Part shown: positions 59,382-64,000 of the stretch, piece after piece
Layout: every line of letters starts with the position of its first letter
Position numbering within the stretch: the first letter of the stretch is position 1
Assembly (NCBI RefSeq): GCF_002571385.2
Contig: NW_019217977.1
Location: forward strand, 192,434-256,433
Direction of reading: 5' to 3'
Source of the DNA: Stylophora pistillata
Taxonomy: Eukaryota
DNA: 64,000 bases
Program-made: the position numbers and the translations under genes
The notes under the pieces: model-generated
The model's database searches: none
What the model was told of the DNA's origin: nothing
The model's input: only the letters and a program-made list of their open reading frames with translations

Positions 59382-62300
59382 ATGTTTCGAGGTGCTTTTG
59401 CTGATTTTGAGGAAGATCCATTCTTCAGGTAAATATAGCATGGACTAATTAAGGCATCGAAATCGTAATGTTTTCGTCATGCGAAAGAAATAAGATTCTT
59501 TAGTTTGTCCACATGACTCCTGTCTGTTAACGTACAGCGCAGCGTAAATTTACGCGTATAACTTTTCGATCAACACAGTAGAGTTATCTTATCGCAGAAT
59601 GTTATTGAATAAGGGGGTTTCCGTTGCAAGGCTAAACCTTAATTATTGGGACGAAAACAAACAGAATAAAGAAAACAATGTAAAGACTCGTTTTGGCATA
59701 ATTACCCCCGGTTTACTAGGGAATAAAACGACTCGATTCTGGGTTAGCATACAGCTAATGTATATTTTCAGAATAAACAAGTAGAATTTTGAACTTGAAC
59801 ATGTGGTCAATTGTTTAAGTAAAAGAAGATTCTTTTGTCAGATTTCGCTTTTCGCATGGCTGTACAAGTAAAACTGAAATGCTTGGTAAACACCTTGCAG
59901 GAATCACTTGCAGTATTTATGTGAAACGCAATTACAGTAATTAAGGTGATTGCTCGGTATACTGTGCGTAACATGTAATTAGGCGAATAAGCATGCTGGC
60001 ATTCCAAGAATCTGGAAAAGTTTTTTTTTTTTTAATCAAGGGACATGTTAAACAGGTACGACTGGAAGCACAATAATCAATATTTGTAATGTTGGTGTAC
60101 AAATGATCCCCTTTTAATAAGAATATTAAAAGGAATTGATTGGAAGTGTGCACAAAGCCCTTTACCTTGAAAGTTCTAAAGTTTTGAGTAGATGTCATTT
60201 AAAGTTGCGTGAATTTTTTTAGAAATTATATACTACTTTATTCCATACACTGAATAGTTTCTGAGATATTCCATACACTGAATGTGTATGTGAACTTTAT
60301 TCCATACACTGAATGTGTTTGTGAGATAGACTCATGGATGGTGTGCAATAAACTGAAACTAAACAGAGAAAAGACAGAGCTATTGATCTTGAGCGCACGA
60401 CACCGTCCACCCCCATTAGTAGAGTATGTTGATGTGTCTGGTGAGCGGATCGAGCCATCTCCCTCTGCAAGAAACATTGGAGTTATGTTCGAANNNNNNN
60501 NNNNNNNNNNNNNNNNNNNNNNNNNNNNNNNNNNNNNNNNNNNNNNNNNNNNNNNNNNNNNNNNNNNNNNNNNNNNNNNNNNNNNNNNNNNNNNNNNNNN
60601 NNNNNNNNNNNNNNNNNNNNNNNNNNNNNNNNNNNNNNNNNNNNNNNNNNNNNNNNNNNNNNNNNNNNNNNNNNNNNNNNNNNNNNNNNNNNNNNNNNNN
60701 NNNNNNNNNNNNNNNNNNNNNNNNNNNNNNNNNNNNNNNNNNNNNNNNNNNNNNNNNNNNNNNNNNNNNNNNNNNNNNNNNNNNNNNNNNNNNNNNNNNN
60801 NNNNNNNNNNNNNNNNNNNNNNNNNNNNNNNNNNNNNNNNNNNNNNNNNNNNNNNNNNNNNNNNNNNNNNNNNNNNNNNNNNNNNNNNNNNNNNNNNNNN
60901 NNNNNNNNNNNNNNNNNNNNNNNNNNNNNNNNNNNNNNNNNNNNNNNNNNNNNNNNNNNNNNNNNNNNNNNNNNNNNNNNNNNNNNNNNNNNNNNNNNNN
61001 NNNNNNNNNNNNNNNNNNNNNNNNNNNNNNNNNNNNNNNNNNNNNNNNNNNNNNNNNNNNNNNNNNNNNNNNNNNNNNNNNNNNNNNNNNNNNNNNNNNN
61101 NNNNNNNNNNNNNNNNNNNNNNNNNNNNNNNNNNNNNNNNNNNNNNNNNNNNNNNNNNNNNNNNNNNNNNNNNNNNNNNNNNNNNNNNNNNNNNNNNNNN
61201 NNNNNNNNNNNNNNNNNNNNNNNNNNNTAGTTCATGCATTCATTACATCTAAGCTAGATAACACCAACTCGCTACTATACGGACTGCCCAAATTCCTGAT
61301 AGATCGCTTACAAAATGTCCAGAATGCCGCAGCTCGTGTCGTCACTCATACAAGAAAGTACGACCATATCAAACCTATCTTAAAGCAGCTGCACTGGCTC
61401 CCAGTTAGCCAGCGCATAGATTACAAGATACTACTTCTGACCTACAAAGCGCTCAACGGCCAGGCCCCTAGTTACATCACTGAACTGTTGAAGCCTTATG
61501 TAACGACCAGAAATCTGAGGTCCTCCTCTAAAAATTTACTTAAAGTACCATCTGTTAAGCTAGCAAGTTATGGTCATAGGTGTTTCTCTTTTGTAGCACC
61601 GACTCTATGGAACTCTCTTCCAAACAACATAAGAGTGAGCGGCTCGCTATCACATTTTAAGACCTGTATAAAGACATACCTTTTTAACAAATTTTATAAT
61701 TAGACTACTCCTTACTGAGCTATTTAATTATATAAGTAGTAAGTTAGGCCGCTAGATAGTTAGCTAGTAAATTAGTTGATTAGTTGGTGAGCTAGTTAAT
61801 TGGCTAGGAAATTAGTTAATTTCAGTATAAGTTTCAAGTTTTTACTCTCATTATTACAGACTACCTTATTAGCTAGTTTCTTTTACTCATGTTTTAGAGA
61901 TTTTTATGGTTTTTTAATCTTATCGGTCCGATTTATAAAATTACTGTACAGCGCTATTGGATAGTGATAGAAATAGCGCTATATAAATACCGTACTATTA
62001 TTATTATTATTATATTTCCACCTGGGAGAGGGTAGCTATGGCATTAATCTTTGAGTGTTCATCTCGAAATTGCATCATTGAATAAAATTTTGCATTCTGA
62101 TTGGTTAACGAAGCAAGGTATTTAGTGTGGAATTGGGAGTTGAAAATGAGGCTAAGTGATATTGTTTCATGTCTGCGTAAACATAACTTTATTTAAGTAA
62201 TACTGTTTCCTTTTTTCTCATTTTTATTCAATCATGCGATTCAAGGAAAGTTCATCACTTGACTCGTGAATTCCACTTTAAATTGCACTTGAAAACCAAT

Positions 62301-63277
62301 ATATCACATTCATTGCTTCACAATTCGTGCGATATCGGTTTTCGTGTGCAATTTAATGTGGAATTCACAAGTCAAGTGATAAATTTTCCTATAAAATCTA
62401 ACAGGTAAGTGCAGTGAAATATCAATAAGAGAATGCCATATCTATAGACAATCATGTGCTGTTTTGTTTATTAAATAAACACCATAGGCCTTCACTGACA
62501 AATAAATTTGACAAACAACTTTGGATTGAATATGGTGGACACTGCCATTCCTTCATCAACGTGACAGATTGGTGCAAAAAGCAAGCGATGTGTCAGCAGC
62601 TGATTTTTGACATCAAACACATTAAAAAATTTTCGTAATTTTAAACATACTGTATGCAGTTACAGCTTTTATCAGGGCTGGAAATCTGTATAGAGACATA
62701 GCAGTTTTGTATGATGCATGATCCTCGCAGTAGAGAGCGCTATTTATGCAATAGCGAAAATCAGACCTGATTTTCGCTATTGCATAAATAGCGCTCTCTA
62801 CTGTGAGGATCGTGCATCATATGTATCTATAACCGCAGTTCAAAATATATGAATTTCATATATTCATCATATCACATAGCAGTTTATGTGAAAAAAAAAA
62901 AAAGGATTGCTGTATAGTTAAGGAGGCACTACTGAGTCACTACAACCTTGCAGCATTATGTTAGATAAACTCATTGTGTTAAAAAAAAGTGCTGTGTGGA
63001 GTGTTTTCGTTTTTCGGTGAACATAAATTGTACCATTTCTTTCAGGGAACACCGTCAGAGAATGGCAACTCTATTGAATGGATTCCATGACCCATTTTTG
63101 AGGTTTCATCAGCACTCTGGCTTCCCTTCAGCTCTTCCTGCCCCCAGTGTCAGAGGACAACATCACAGGTCAAGTCCAGGCAATCATCAATTAGCTCCAA
63201 GAGATATGCATCGCAGTATGTTTGGTGACATGTTTGCAAGCATGAACTCCATGATGGCTAATATGCACAGGAGTTTT
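59382..63277 (+). CDS. MLF: Myeloid leukemia factor (MLF1/2 family), first two exons, continues beyond window
   Basis: Exon 59382-59428 encodes MFRGAFADFEEDPFF (compare MLF1 MFRMLNSSFEDDPFF). Exon 63046-63277 encodes EHRQRMATLLNGFHDPF...MFGDMFASMNSMMANMHRSF, the Met-rich MLF pattern. Splice phases match. Confidence 0.88.
60299..62012 (+). mobile_element. 5'-truncated L2-type LINE (RT C-terminus, 3' UTR, (TAT)n tail) in MLF intron 1
   Basis: WMVCNKLKLNREKTELLI before the N gap. After the gap: VHAFITSKLDNTNSLLYGLP...LQNVQNAAARVV...LHWLPVSQRIDYKILLLTYKAL...APTLWNSLP, stop at 61703. 3' stem AGCGCTATT/AATAGCGCT (61950-61980), then TATTATTAT tail. Confidence 0.9.
60494..61227. other. Assembly gap; smaller gaps at 7061-7081, 34235-34242, 53992-54012 and 56048-56059
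   Basis: Runs of N. Confidence 0.99.
62244..62390. repeat. Palindromic MITE-like element
   Basis: ATCACTTGACTCGTGAATTCCACTTTAAATTGCAC pairs with GTGCAATTTAATGTGGAATTCACAAGTCAAGTGAT. Confidence 0.65.
62711..62820. repeat. Near-perfect 54-bp-arm palindrome
   Basis: 62711-62764 is the reverse complement of 62767-62820 with 2 mismatches and a 2-nt spacer. Confidence 0.95.
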
Positions 63278-63612
63278 GTAAGTGAAGTTATCAAATCAAC
63301 CACAATTTTTCTCTGTCTATAACCCTCACTCTCTTTTCCTGAAGATTTTTCTTCAGGTATTTCTTCCATCTTGACAAGTTCTCTTTCAAAAATTTCTCCA
63401 AGTATACTGATCTTTAAATTCAGAAATTCATCTCTTTCGCACTTTGCATAAAATGGCATAGGAAAAAGGTAGACCAGTTATTAGGCAGTCAGAATTGAGG
63501 ATTTAAGATTCCCATTCATTGAGAAGTGTCAGAAAAATAAACTGTTACTGAAGTTCCATGAATAAGCCCCCCAGGTGCTTATTTAAAATTTTGGCTAAAG
63601 GAGGGCACTCAT

Positions 63613-63730
63613 TGAGCATTGCCGTGCCCACACTATGGAACACTCTTCCAGCCAGCTTGCTCAGTGTGAATTCTATTGCAAGTTTTAAAACTCAAGACTC
63701 ATTTATTCAAACTAGCTTTTAATTATTTCT
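63613..63730 (+). mobile_element. Short L2-type LINE 3' ORF remnant
   Basis: SIAVPTLWNTLPASLLSVNSIASFK..KTHLFKLAF resembles the end of the 61228-61703 RT ORF. Confidence 0.6.
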
Positions 63731-63792
63731 TAGATATATCATGTACATGGTTTAAATATAGTATTGTGTATACATTTTTCTTTTCTTATATT

Positions 63793-63900
63793 TAACAATT
63801 ATTTGCCGAAGGCGAGGTGAATATTGTCAAATAATCCCAGAGACAAATTTGAGGGGATTATTCAACAATATTCACCGAACCTGAGGTGAATAATTGTTTT
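63793..63900. repeat. Palindromic MITE-like element
   Basis: AACAATTATTTGCCGAAGGCGAGGTGAATATTG pairs imperfectly with CAATATTCACCGAACCTGAGGTGAATAATTGTT. Confidence 0.6.
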
Positions 63901-64000
63901 AGTATAATTTCAGTGCTGAACAACAGAGATATTTCTAAAATCATAACGTTTTAGTAACATTTATTAGCATTTTATTTTAACATTTTATATAAACCGCCTG

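Noticed and set aside
60238-61252. Long ORFs of 250-425 aa across 60.2-61.7 kb
   Set aside because: Their length comes from the N gap; only the flanking plus-strand L2 RT pieces are real.

Overview
Intron-rich, AT-rich animal genomic DNA. The repeat families and gene structures suggest an anthozoan cnidarian, probably a stony coral (inference). I reconstructed six spliced genes by hand from GT-AG boundaries with consistent reading phase: Dishevelled (-, 3' end runs off the left edge), a SIX6OS1/C14orf39-like synaptonemal-complex gene that the ORF track only fragments (-), G-protein beta (+), enolase (-), SPEN/split ends (+) and MLF (+, partial). Introns carry many MITEs, tRNA-derived SINEs and LINE remnants. 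Highlights: (1) a complete SIX6OS1-like meiotic gene with E2F/CHR-type promoter motifs; (2) DVL-GNB-ENO-SPEN-MLF clustering that mirrors the vertebrate 1p36/3q/12p13/17p13 paralogon; (3) one in-frame TAA separating the SPEN RRMs from its SPOC domain; (4) candidate alternative N-terminal exons of G-beta; (5) a decayed inverted pair of Penelope-type minimal hammerhead ribozymes in an enolase intron; (6) a 54-bp hairpin in MLF intron 1. No CRISPR, rRNA or true tRNA genes were seen. All homology calls rest on recalled sequences, not database searches.
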